Shown here: one piece after another, positions 44,432 to 53,785 of the stretch
Layout of the letters: the number at the start of each line of letters is the position of its first letter
Position numbering within the stretch: position 1 is the stretch's first letter
Assembly (NCBI GenBank): GCA_977020255.1
Contig: CDROCS010006304.1
Coordinates: 1-64,000 of the forward strand
Reading direction: 5' to 3'
Origin: Obrimoposthia wandeli
Taxonomy: Eukaryota
DNA: 64,000 nucleotides
Position numbers and translations under genes: made by a program
The notes under the pieces: generated by a model
Database searches by the model: none
What the model was told of the DNA's origin: nothing
The model's input: the letters and a program-made list of their open reading frames with translations, nothing else

Positions 44432-45406
44432 GTGGATTTATCTAAGCAGCAACAAGACTTTAAATTGGGACTATTTTTTGCCACCACAGCCATTCTATTT
44501 TGGGGTGTACTGCCTATTGCTCTGAAGCTCTCAAGTGCCTTTATCGATCCTGTAAGCTTGACCTGGTTTCGCTTCTTTGTTGCTTTTCTACTCAGTATGT
44601 TGATCCAAAAATTAAGCGGAAAACTGCGACAGTTTTCTTCGCTGCGAAGAGTTGATTGGCTCAAGCTAAGTTTTGCCTCGTTATTTTCGCTGGGAAATTA
44701 CATTTCTTTTGTCTATTGTTTGGATTATTTAGCACCAGGTCCTGCGCAGTTGAATTTTCAGTCAGCCCCTTTCTTTCTCGCTTTTGGCGGCGTAATTTTC
44801 TTCAAGGAGCGATTAAGCCCATTGCAAATGGCTTGTTTCGCTACCCTCGCGCTGGGGATGTTACTATTCTTTCACCCCTTTATCGCAATGGCACAACAAC
44901 CTAGTAAACAAATTATTTTCGGCATCATACTGGTACAGTTTTCGGCACTCTCTTGGGCTTGTTATGCGCTGCTGCAGAAGTCATTAATTAGCAAGCTGTC
45001 ACCCGGCAATATCCTTCTATATATATATGGAGCAGGGCTTATTGCAATGCTGCCTTTCACCGATTTCAGCCATTTTAGCGTCATGGATAAGAGCCAATGG
45101 GGGATTGCTGTTTTTTGCGCGTTTAATACATTGATCGCCTATGGCAGCTTTGCTCAATCAATGAAATATTGGCCCACCGCTCAAGTGGGTGCGACGGTTG
45201 CCCTAACACCTATCTTCAGCTTTTTTAGTAGTGCTATGATTGTCAAACTCGGATGGTGGCAAGGTATTATCTTAAGTACCAAGTTAAGCCCACTGGCACT
45301 GCTCGGCATTTCCTTGGTTATAGGTTCTGTTTTAGTTGTTCAGTTGCAGCCTATCCTTAGCGCTCGAAGCGCCGCTATCAAGAAACGTAAACAAGTGCAG
45401 TATTAA
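44432..45406 (+). CDS. DMT/EamA family transporter
   Basis: ILFWGVLPIALK, LTWFRF, about 10 TMs, two EamA repeats. Confidence 0.88.
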   Translation: MDLSKQQQDFKLGLFFATTAILFWGVLPIALKLSSAFIDPVSLTWFRFFVAFLLSMLIQKLSGKLRQFSSLRRVDWLKLSFASLFSLGNYISFVYCLDYLAPGPAQLNFQSAPFFLAFGGVIFFKERLSPLQMACFATLALGMLLFFHPFIAMAQQPSKQIIFGIILVQFSALSWACYALLQKSLISKLSPGNILLYIYGAGLIAMLPFTDFSHFSVMDKSQWGIAVFCAFNTLIAYGSFAQSMKYWPTAQVGATVALTPIFSFFSSAMIVKLGWWQGIILSTKLSPLALLGISLVIGSVLVVQLQPILSARSAAIKKRKQVQY

Positions 45407-45408
45407 TC

Positions 45409-45660
45409 ATGGCTAAACCAAATAAGAAAGGCCCGAGCAAAACAGTCGATATTTATTGCGCCAAGTGTAGAGCTGCGTTGTTCAAATATCGTAAAGGGGG
45501 AAAAGGCGCGCTACTCAAATGTTTTAAGGAGCGCATCAGTGAGGATTTTACAACGCGCCCCTGCCACTGCCCAAAGTGTGACGGAGAGTTTGCCCGTGAC
45601 ACATTAATCCGTGGGACTCCGGCGTTTAAAATAATAGGGGGTAAGGTGCTAGTGAAATAA
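45409..45660 (+). CDS. Small basic Cys-rich (probable Zn-binding) hypothetical protein
   Basis: 83 aa with CAKC, LLKC and CHCPKC; starts 2 bp after the EamA stop. Confidence 0.7.
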   Translation: MAKPNKKGPSKTVDIYCAKCRAALFKYRKGGKGALLKCFKERISEDFTTRPCHCPKCDGEFARDTLIRGTPAFKIIGGKVLVK

Positions 45661-45759
45661 ACAGATTAAACACTAAGGAGCTTTGCGCACTCCATCACTT
45701 GTTCTTATTTATATTTAACAGTGCTATGTCATCCGGTCTCAGATAAGTGAAAGGCTCTG

Positions 45760-46845
45760 TTAATATTCACTACATTTAACGCAGTTACGCCCCGCCTTTT
45801 TAGCGCAAAATAGCGCGTCATCAGCCTTTTTAAACAGTAACTCGCTCTCCTGGCCGATATGATGACTAGCGACACCAATACTAATGCGAACAGATTGATT
45901 CTGATACTCGGTCGCTGCAATCACTTGCCGATAATTTTCCGCAATAATACACGCTTGTGCGAGCAGTACATTGGGCAGTAATACCACAAATTCTTCCCCT
46001 CCATAACGGGCACAAAAATTACCTGCCGCGGTGTTTTTACTTAAAATAGCACCTACTTCAGCCAGTATTTGATCGCCAAACGCATGACCATGAATATCGT
46101 TGAACGATTTAAAATGATCAATATCCATCACGATTAAACTAAGTGGTTGGCCAGATTGATTACTATGACTGGTGACCTGCTGTAACTCTTGGTTAAATGC
46201 GCGTCTATTTTGTAGCGAGGTTAGCTCATCTGTTGATGACGTCAATTGTAACTGACGGTTTAATCTGGCCAATTCAACTCTTGAGCTTTGCAACTGTGCT
46301 TTTTCTCTCTCCAATTGAGCGACTGACTGATGCAGTTTTAAAAGCTGCATGATTTGTCGCGCGAGCATATTTAATGCATTAATCTGTTCCATACTGAGCG
46401 TTCGTGGCTGGGTATCGATGACACAAAGCGTGCCAAGAGCAAGATTATCCTCAGTCAACAGCGGTACGCCTGCATAAAACCGAACGAAAGGAGTATTACA
46501 GACCATACCTATGTCGCGAGTAATCGGATTCTCCAACGTATCAAAAACAATAAGTGGTTGATTACTCAAAATAGTACGCGAGCAAATAGCATAACCTCTG
46601 GGTACTTCGGTCGGGCCAATATTATGGCGAGCTTTATGCCATTTTCGTGTCTCATCGACAAAGGCAACCATCGCCTTTTCAACACCGCAAACATGTGCCG
46701 CTAGCTTTGCAATATCATCATAGCTAGTTTCATCAAGGGTATCTAAAATCGCATACTGATGCAGCGCAGCTAATCGGGAAGCTTCATTATCTGGTAGGGG
46801 GAAATCATATTTTTTACTCATAGCTAAACTGTAGATTTTGTCCAC
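45760..46845 (-). CDS. GAF-GGDEF diguanylate cyclase
   Basis: EASRLAALHQYAILDT, RFYAGVPL..GTLCVID (GAF); TDELT, DIDHFKSFND.HGH..GD, RYGGEEF, ADDALFCAKKAGRN. Confidence 0.93.
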   Translation of the reverse strand: MDKIYSLAMSKKYDFPLPDNEASRLAALHQYAILDTLDETSYDDIAKLAAHVCGVEKAMVAFVDETRKWHKARHNIGPTEVPRGYAICSRTILSNQPLIVFDTLENPITRDIGMVCNTPFVRFYAGVPLLTEDNLALGTLCVIDTQPRTLSMEQINALNMLARQIMQLLKLHQSVAQLEREKAQLQSSRVELARLNRQLQLTSSTDELTSLQNRRAFNQELQQVTSHSNQSGQPLSLIVMDIDHFKSFNDIHGHAFGDQILAEVGAILSKNTAAGNFCARYGGEEFVVLLPNVLLAQACIIAENYRQVIAATEYQNQSVRISIGVASHHIGQESELLFKKADDALFCAKKAGRNCVKCSEY

Positions 46846-47026
46846 TCTAGTTTCAACTAACAGATGTTCTAATCACTAAAATAATCATCAAACTATGCAT
46901 TACAGACTCTAAACATAGACATTTAACTAAAATATTTATTTTCGGTATATAAATATAATATTTTTATAAACTCACTCTATTTCAATTAGAAATGACTCTG
47001 TAAAGATAATCTACCTGCTGAGAAAT

Positions 47027-47446
47027 TTAAAATTTATTATTATTCGGCCTCTCAAGGTTATTAATCTTAGTATTACCCAGCGCCTTTAACAGCATGTTAC
47101 GCATAAATCTCAGTATGGGGTAGAGTATGTTGGCGATGAGCTTTGAGCTAAACAACCAGTAATTAAAACGGTTAAACAATCCTGAACGGCTACTCATCAT
47201 TGACAGCATATGAATGGCATCACTGCCATAATAAAGCACCTCATCTATTTGTAGCACCATCCCCTGATCTATATCTAAACCCGCCGCATTGATTTTTGTC
47301 ATCACAGCAGATTTTTCTCTGGCGTCTACGATTATCAAGTTTCCCAGCGTTTGCCTAATCTGTATTATCTGACAGTAAAATTGACAGGCCGGGCAGCCTT
47401 TATCATAAACCAACACTATTTCTCTGTGATGCATGAGAATCCTCAC
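47027..47446 (-). CDS. DCC1-like thiol-disulfide oxidoreductase family (DUF393)
   Basis: LVYDKGCPACQ DxxCxxC motif, YYGSDAI. Confidence 0.8.
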   Translation of the reverse strand: MRILMHHREIVLVYDKGCPACQFYCQIIQIRQTLGNLIIVDAREKSAVMTKINAAGLDIDQGMVLQIDEVLYYGSDAIHMLSMMSSRSGLFNRFNYWLFSSKLIANILYPILRFMRNMLLKALGNTKINNLERPNNNKF

Positions 47447-47771
47447 TAAGATTTTTTCTGTAAGTTAATCAGTGTGCGGTAATTGAATATGAAAATATAG
47501 CGTTAATATGAGAACACAATAGTTGGTTCAACGAGTAGATCTAGTATGAACGACTATCTTAAGGAGGTGAAGGCGGTGGGATCTGCGTTGATTTTTTAGC
47601 TGATAAAGCACTCGCTATGATTAGCGAAGAACTGCTCTTTAAAAGGGAGTTAATCTGAGAAAGGTAAATGCATATAAAGAGACAAGCTACTGTGAATGAC
47701 GTAACTATTCGTGTAATCATGTACGTTGCTAAATAGGTGACAAAGACTGAATTCTTTATCACCTATATTAA

Positions 47772-48506
47772 TCAGGCGCTGGCGTTACAAATTTTGAGGT
47801 ACTGCGCAACCACACTTTGCATGCCTTGCTCAATACACTCAATTGTCAGGACGTGACCGATAGACACTTCTAGTACTTTGGGTATACTCAAAAATTTTGC
47901 TAAGTTTTGTAAGTCCAAATCGTGACCAGCATTCACTTCAATACCCAATTCAGTCGCACGACTGACGGCCGCTAAATACTTATTAAACACCTTTTCATGC
48001 TCTGCGCCATGGTAAGTTGCCGCGAACTCTTCGGTGTAAAACTCAAGACGATCACAACCCGATTGTGCCGCAAGTTCAACATCAACAACTTCAGGATCGA
48101 GGAAAATAGCGGCGCGAACCCCTGCCCTCTTAAGGCGTTCACAGGTTTGCTGTACCAATGCCATATCGCTTCGTAGATCCCATCCGTGATCGGATGTCAG
48201 CTGACCTGGTGCATCGGGAACTAAGGTGCATTGAGTCGGCTTTATCTTCTCGACCATCTGCAAAAAATCTTCCGAAGGGTATCCTTCTATATTGTATTCC
48301 ACTTGCGTATTGTCACGCAGCAAATCACCTAAATCATAAGCATCTTGCACGGTAATATGGCGTTCGTCTTGACGTGGGTGAACGGTTATCCCCTGAGCAC
48401 CTAAATCAATAAACTTGTTAGCAAAATTAACAACACTGGGAAAATCGCGGCCTCTTGAGTTTCTCAACAGGGCGATCTTATTTAAATTTACACTGAGCTT
48501 GGTCAC
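47772..48506 (-). CDS. pdxJ: Pyridoxine 5'-phosphate synthase
   Basis: LSVNLNKIALLRNSRG, GITVHPRQDERHI, NIEG, TLVPD, TSDHGW, VNAGHDL, EVSIGH. Confidence 0.93.
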   Translation of the reverse strand: MTKLSVNLNKIALLRNSRGRDFPSVVNFANKFIDLGAQGITVHPRQDERHITVQDAYDLGDLLRDNTQVEYNIEGYPSEDFLQMVEKIKPTQCTLVPDAPGQLTSDHGWDLRSDMALVQQTCERLKRAGVRAAIFLDPEVVDVELAAQSGCDRLEFYTEEFAATYHGAEHEKVFNKYLAAVSRATELGIEVNAGHDLDLQNLAKFLSIPKVLEVSIGHVLTIECIEQGMQSVVAQYLKICNASA

Positions 48507-48757
48507 AATCGTTCTCGCTTCAACAAGTTATTCTTTAATCGCACGATAGTAGCAAAGTGTCTGAAGGAGTAACACCACAGCAGCACACTTATACGCTTTA
48601 TTTCTCGTGATCAATTGATAGCTGAAACTTGTATCTGAACGATAGCACTATCGGCAAAGGTTGGTCTTACGAGTAATACCGGTAAGCTATAGCGGGGACA
48701 TCTAAAGTGCCCTCGCTATATAACCCCTTACCTAATAACATCTGAGAAGCATCTTTG

Positions 48758-50893
48758 CTAACTAAGTAGATTTCTGTTTTTCTTACTGTGTAAGAATAAC
48801 CCAATAAAGAGCGCTACACAGAGTAGCTTAAGCCATATCATAGGATGTGGCCATAACAAGCCCAACATGAGTAAGCCGCAAGATAATCGAAGTAATACGT
48901 TGAGTGGCCCCTCTAAATAGCCCTCCATCAAACCGACAAACGCATAGAGCCCAAACACTGAAAAGAAAAACACACTCAGTACTTCTGTGGTCGTGCCACC
49001 AATAAAGTTGGTGTAGGCAAAGATCAGCGGCACTATGTACAACCCTTTGGCCACTTTCCACGCACTAAAGCCGGTCGCCATGGGCGGTGTCTTAGCGATC
49101 GCGGCAGCGGCAAAAGCGGTTAAGCACACTGGCGGAGTGACATTAGAATCCTGTGAAAGCCAAAATATAATCATGTGAGCCGACAACAGCACCATCGTTA
49201 GTACTTGTGGATCGAGCGCCTGCTCCAGTAATTGTCCTTTAAAATCATCTGGCACTAATGCGAGTAATGCCTGAGCATCTATCAATGACATCGGAGCACT
49301 CAACAACGGTATTTTCGCAGGATCTATCAAGAGAAAAATAGTGCGTGCCGCTTCAGGTAAACCGCCGGCGACCATAACATCCAGCAATTTCATCTCGGCA
49401 ATCAAATTGTAAAGTGCAGGCGCGGAAAGCGTTGCCAGTACGATATACGCAGCCGTGACAGGCAACCCCATGCCCAGTATCAAAGATGCGAAAGCCACCA
49501 GCACTAGCGTAATTAATAAGCTCCCCGCTGCCCAATCCGTCACCATTAAAGAGAAGGTATTACCGATCCCTGTCATTGCCACTACATTGACCACCAAACC
49601 TATGGCAACGAGTAGAATTGCCGTACTGGCCATATTCCTGCTGCCTTGCGCCAGCGCATCTAAGACCTCTTTCAGCCCCATAGGGCTCTTAGATAACCAA
49701 GAGGAGATGATCACTGCGATAATAGCAATGCCTGCTGCATACGTTGGGGTAAAACCGTAAATCAGCAAGCTGACCAGAACCGCCAGTGGCAATATAAAAT
49801 GCCAACCCTCTTTAAAGACTTCACCGATAGGGCGCGCGTCCAACTCTATGGCATGGGCGTGGCTGCGCTGCGCTTCAACGCGGACATAAAAGCCAACTGA
49901 TAAAAAGTAGAGCAATGCAGGTAGCGCGGCAATGGAAATAATTTGCACATAAGAAATTTGCGTATAAGAGGCCATAATAAAAGCACCAGCTCCCATCACG
50001 GGTGGCATTAACTGCCCTCCAGTAGAGGCTGCTGCTTCCACTGCCGCGGCAAATTTCGCCGGAAAGCCCGCTTTGCGCATCAGAGGAATAGTAATCACCC
50101 CTGTCGACACGGTATTGGCGACGGAAGAGCCTGAGACAGACCCCATCAAACCTGAGCCTAGTACCGCAACAAAACCAGGTCCGCCGACAAAGCGCCCCGC
50201 GGCACAGCGCGATAATTCAATGATAAAATCACCAGCCCCTGATTTAACCAAAAAGGCCCCGAACAAGATAAACATGAAAACAAACGTCCAAGATATACGG
50301 GCAATAGCGCCGAACATTCCCTCACCAGAGAAGTAAGAGCGAAACATAACGGTTTCTAAACTGAGGCCGGCAAAACCAAAGATACCGTCAATATATGGCC
50401 CCCACCAAAACACATAGGTCAGTGCTGTCACTATCATGCAGGGGATAAACCAACCCGTTGTACGTCTGACAAGTTCCAGTACGATGATGATGGCTAAAAA
50501 CGAAAAAAACCAATCGCTATCGTTAAATTTCACTCCACGTGCATACAGTGCATCTTCTGCGCTAATTAAATACCAGGCACAGGCAATCGCCGACACCCCT
50601 AATAAAACATCCAATATCAGTAATATTTTACTCTGGGCAAGCTTTCCCTTAGCCGCTGGATACATTAATGCACAGATAAGGGCAAAACCGCCAAAGTGAA
50701 TAGCCGACACGTAAAGCTCTGACCAAGTCCCCAACGTATTGAAATAGATATGCGCCAGAGCGAATACGATTCCCACCCAGTAAATTATTTTACCGGCAAC
50801 ACTTTCCTCACCGCGTTGAGTTAACTGCAGCTCTTTGAGTGTGGCAGCAAGTTCTGAATCAGCAGTGTGTGCTGAACTCGTTTGAGTAGACAT
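48758..50893 (-). CDS. TRAP transporter fused 4TM/12TM permease (TAXI type)
   Basis: GGPGFVAVLGSGLMGSVSGSSVANTVSTG, AVEAAASTGGQLMPPVMGAGAF, LGMGLPVTAAY, SNVTPPVCL. Confidence 0.93.
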   Translation of the reverse strand: MSTQTSSAHTADSELAATLKELQLTQRGEESVAGKIIYWVGIVFALAHIYFNTLGTWSELYVSAIHFGGFALICALMYPAAKGKLAQSKILLILDVLLGVSAIACAWYLISAEDALYARGVKFNDSDWFFSFLAIIIVLELVRRTTGWFIPCMIVTALTYVFWWGPYIDGIFGFAGLSLETVMFRSYFSGEGMFGAIARISWTFVFMFILFGAFLVKSGAGDFIIELSRCAAGRFVGGPGFVAVLGSGLMGSVSGSSVANTVSTGVITIPLMRKAGFPAKFAAAVEAAASTGGQLMPPVMGAGAFIMASYTQISYVQIISIAALPALLYFLSVGFYVRVEAQRSHAHAIELDARPIGEVFKEGWHFILPLAVLVSLLIYGFTPTYAAGIAIIAVIISSWLSKSPMGLKEVLDALAQGSRNMASTAILLVAIGLVVNVVAMTGIGNTFSLMVTDWAAGSLLITLVLVAFASLILGMGLPVTAAYIVLATLSAPALYNLIAEMKLLDVMVAGGLPEAARTIFLLIDPAKIPLLSAPMSLIDAQALLALVPDDFKGQLLEQALDPQVLTMVLLSAHMIIFWLSQDSNVTPPVCLTAFAAAAIAKTPPMATGFSAWKVAKGLYIVPLIFAYTNFIGGTTTEVLSVFFFSVFGLYAFVGLMEGYLEGPLNVLLRLSCGLLMLGLLWPHPMIWLKLLCVALFIGLFLHSKKNRNLLS

Positions 50894-50986
50894 AGAAATA
50901 CCCTATCTGTATCTAGCTGATACAGCCAATGTAAATGCTGAAAACAGCACAGCAATGCTTAGCATCACTGTACTGAGGAGGAAGTA

Positions 50987-52012
50987 TTACTGTGCGATCA
51001 AGTGTGCAGGTATCTCAATACCTACTTCTTTGTAGTAACGTGCGGCACCTGGGTGCAAAGGCAATGGTAAACCGGCAATGGCTTTATCGATGGCCATCGC
51101 TTTCGTTGCTTTGTGGATACCGTTTAAAAAAGCGAGGTTTTCGTAGATGGTCTTCGTCAGTAAATAGACATCTTCTTCTGTAACATCATCACGCACTGCT
51201 AGAAAGTTAGGTTGCGCGATAGTGTTAACATCTTTGCTCTGTCCAGGGTAAGTGTTGGCTGGGATAGTAAAAGGAGTCCACAATTTGTAGCCACCGTTCG
51301 CCTGCTCCATTTGCTCGGCCGAGAAATTTAGGATGCTTATATCAGCGCCCATTGAAGCGAAGGCTCTGGTCACTGCTGAGGTAGGTACTCCCGATGGAAT
51401 ATTCATTCCCTCAACTGTACCGTTTTGTAAGGCATCAGCAGATGGCCCATAGCCCATGTGCGCTAAATTCATTTTTTCGGCAGGCGTATTCAAGTTGCTC
51501 AAAATTGTGCGACCTGACCCCTCTGTACCTGAGTTCTTTTTACCGATAGAGAATTTCTTTTCTTGAAGGTTTTTGATATCTGCAATAGTGCCGCTTTGGG
51601 CATATTTAGTTTTAACAACAAACTGCTCAACGTTTTGCCATAACATAGATACGGAACGTAAATGCTTTTGTGGACCAGCCTCTTTTAGCTTCCCCTCTCC
51701 TGCCCATGCCCAGGCACCATATAGCCCTTGAAGAATAGCGAACTGTGCTTCGTTTTCACGTAGTAACTTAACGTTCTCGCCTGAACCTGCAGAGTTAATT
51801 GCTGACATAGATAGTTTGTGTTTTGGCTCTAACTTAATTTTAGCCAGTGTCGCCAGTGCAACACCCACTGGGTAGTAAGTACCACCCGTAGAAGCGGTTG
51901 ATAGGATGTAAGAGCGCTTTTCAGCCGCTTGTGTTAAACCCACACTGCCGACAGCAACGGTGGCTGCAATAGCGAGAGAAAGTGTTTTGAGTTTCTGGGA
52001 TGTGATCAACAT
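50987..52012 (-). CDS. TAXI family TRAP substrate-binding protein
   Basis: Signal peptide, TASTGGTYYPVG, SAGSGENV, GKKNSGTE, PLPLHPGAARYYKE; ATG 52012 lies downstream of the sigma54 promoter. Confidence 0.93.
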   Translation of the reverse strand: MLITSQKLKTLSLAIAATVAVGSVGLTQAAEKRSYILSTASTGGTYYPVGVALATLAKIKLEPKHKLSMSAINSAGSGENVKLLRENEAQFAILQGLYGAWAWAGEGKLKEAGPQKHLRSVSMLWQNVEQFVVKTKYAQSGTIADIKNLQEKKFSIGKKNSGTEGSGRTILSNLNTPAEKMNLAHMGYGPSADALQNGTVEGMNIPSGVPTSAVTRAFASMGADISILNFSAEQMEQANGGYKLWTPFTIPANTYPGQSKDVNTIAQPNFLAVRDDVTEEDVYLLTKTIYENLAFLNGIHKATKAMAIDKAIAGLPLPLHPGAARYYKEVGIEIPAHLIAQ

Positions 52013-52050
52013 GCAATGTACCTTTTTTTGATTATTGTATTTATAGCTAT

Positions 52051-52066
52051 TGCACGGCGAGTGCCA
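52051..52066 (-). promoter_or_regulatory. Sigma-54 (-24/-12) promoter of the TAXI-TRAP operon
   Basis: Minus strand TGGCACTCGCCGTGCA = GG-N10-GC, about 40 bp upstream of the ATG, next to a sigma54 activator gene. Confidence 0.8.
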
Positions 52067-52136
52067 AAACACTCAACTTGTTAATTTATAAGACTAAAAA
52101 TAAAAACTATAATAGTACGGAGCCTTTAATAAGCCA

Positions 52137-52188
52137 TTTTATGCCGATTACACACAACAGTAGGCAAAAAATAGCTTAGTGGCAAAAA
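52137..52188. promoter_or_regulatory. Candidate enhancer (UAS) for the DctD-like activator
   Basis: TTTTATGCC-N17-GGCAAAAAA dyad (1 mismatch) plus a second GGCAAAAA at 52181-52188; IHF-like ACTCAActtgTTA at 52071-52083. Confidence 0.35.
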
Positions 52189-52202
52189 GCGCAGAATTTT
52201 CT

Positions 52203-53594
52203 TTAGTTATTGAGGTAATCTACACGATTAATACCATAGCGGATCATTTTTTGATTGATCGTCCGCCGCGGTAAATCTAACTCTGTCATCACTTGTTTAA
52301 TACTGCCGCTATGGCGTGCAAGCGCGTTTTTAATCAACTGAGACTCAAAACTCGCCACCTGTTCAGCCAGTGGTTGGCTCTGATCCAAACGACTAGGGTG
52401 TACCTGTTCGCCATCATCTTGTAGTGATGTTTGCGGATGTTGCTGCTGTAACATATCGGCAATATTCTGCTCATTGTCCAATGCAAAGCGCACCGCTACA
52501 TTTTTCAATTCGCGCACGTTACCGGGCCAATCGTATTGCAATAACGCACTGATATCCGCAGCGCGTAACACTCTAGGAGTGACGTTGTTATCGCTGGCAG
52601 CGATACGTAAATAGTGATCAAACAACAACGGTGCATCTTCTACTCGCTGTCGCAGTGGCGGAAGATGTAATTCAGACACATTGAGCCGATAGTAAAGGTC
52701 TTGGCGAAAGCTACTGTGATCGCGCAGCGCCTCCTTTGAAGCGGCAACTACCCGTAGCTTCACCTTGTGCTGTTTATTTGAACCTAAGCGTTCGATCAGT
52801 TCGTCCTGCAATGCGCGCAAGATTTTAACTTGAACGAAAGCAGGCATCGTCTCGATTTCATCCAGCAGCAAAGTACCACCATCCGCATGTTCAAACTTGC
52901 CGATGCGCCGTGATTTAGCACCCGTGAATGCACCTGCTTCATGGCCGAATAGCTCACTCTCGATCAGAGACTCTGGGATAGCATTACAGTTTATTGGCAC
53001 GAAGTTTTTTTTCTGTCGCGCACTAAAGTCATGTAAGCACTGGGCTACCAGTTCTTTACCGGTACCCGTTTCGCCGTAAATAACCACGCTGGTATCAAGA
53101 TCTGCCAAGCGCATTACCTGCTGCCGTAATCGCTGCATTGGCGCCGATATACCAATTAAACTAGCCTCTATTCCCTGCAGCGATGCCAAGTGGTTCTGTA
53201 ACTTATAATTTTCTTGTAACAGTAAGTGTTTATCACAAGCACGGCGTACCCGCTCGCTTAAACGCTCAGGCAAATAGGGCTTCTCCATAAAATCGTAGGC
53301 ACCTAGCTTCATCGCTTGAGTCGCCATATCAACATCTCCATGGCCAGTTAAGAGTATTACCGGCACATTGGGAAAGCGCTGGTGTATTTTTTGCATCAAC
53401 TCAAGTCCACTGAGCTTGGGCATCAATACATCACTGACCACGACACCGAAAAACTCGGCATTTAAAGTCGCCAACACTTGAAGTGGATCACTAAAACTCT
53501 GCACCTCAAAACCGCAAATACTTAACCATTGTGCAGTTGACTCGCGTACTGTGCGCTCATCATCAACCAATATAACTTGTAATTCACTATTCAC
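52203..53594 (-). CDS. Sigma54-dependent response regulator, DctD-like
   Basis: Receiver VDDE..SDVLMP..TGHG..EKP; GETGTGKE, GAFTGA, LLLDEI, FRQDLYYRL, WPGNVRELKN; C-terminal HTH. Confidence 0.93.
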   Translation of the reverse strand: MNSELQVILVDDERTVRESTAQWLSICGFEVQSFSDPLQVLATLNAEFFGVVVSDVLMPKLSGLELMQKIHQRFPNVPVILLTGHGDVDMATQAMKLGAYDFMEKPYLPERLSERVRRACDKHLLLQENYKLQNHLASLQGIEASLIGISAPMQRLRQQVMRLADLDTSVVIYGETGTGKELVAQCLHDFSARQKKNFVPINCNAIPESLIESELFGHEAGAFTGAKSRRIGKFEHADGGTLLLDEIETMPAFVQVKILRALQDELIERLGSNKQHKVKLRVVAASKEALRDHSSFRQDLYYRLNVSELHLPPLRQRVEDAPLLFDHYLRIAASDNNVTPRVLRAADISALLQYDWPGNVRELKNVAVRFALDNEQNIADMLQQQHPQTSLQDDGEQVHPSRLDQSQPLAEQVASFESQLIKNALARHSGSIKQVMTELDLPRRTINQKMIRYGINRVDYLNN

Positions 53595-53785
53595 TTTACT
53601 GTTCTCTAAGAGACCTTTACGCGACGACTACGCTGGGGGATTCTATGTTAAAAAGCGTTTAATACCCAAAACGGGCACACTAAATCCTCTTTTATCATTG
53701 CTAACTGTAATTTGTTTATGCTTACCCAGCCTCACTGTCGTTGTTATAAGGTGAAGAGATTTCTCTCAACATCAACGGGTATAAC

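Noticed and set aside
47559-47762. 67-aa hydrophobic ORF downstream of pdxJ
   Set aside because: No RBS, low-complexity Ser/Pro tail and no family match; a small membrane protein cannot be excluded.
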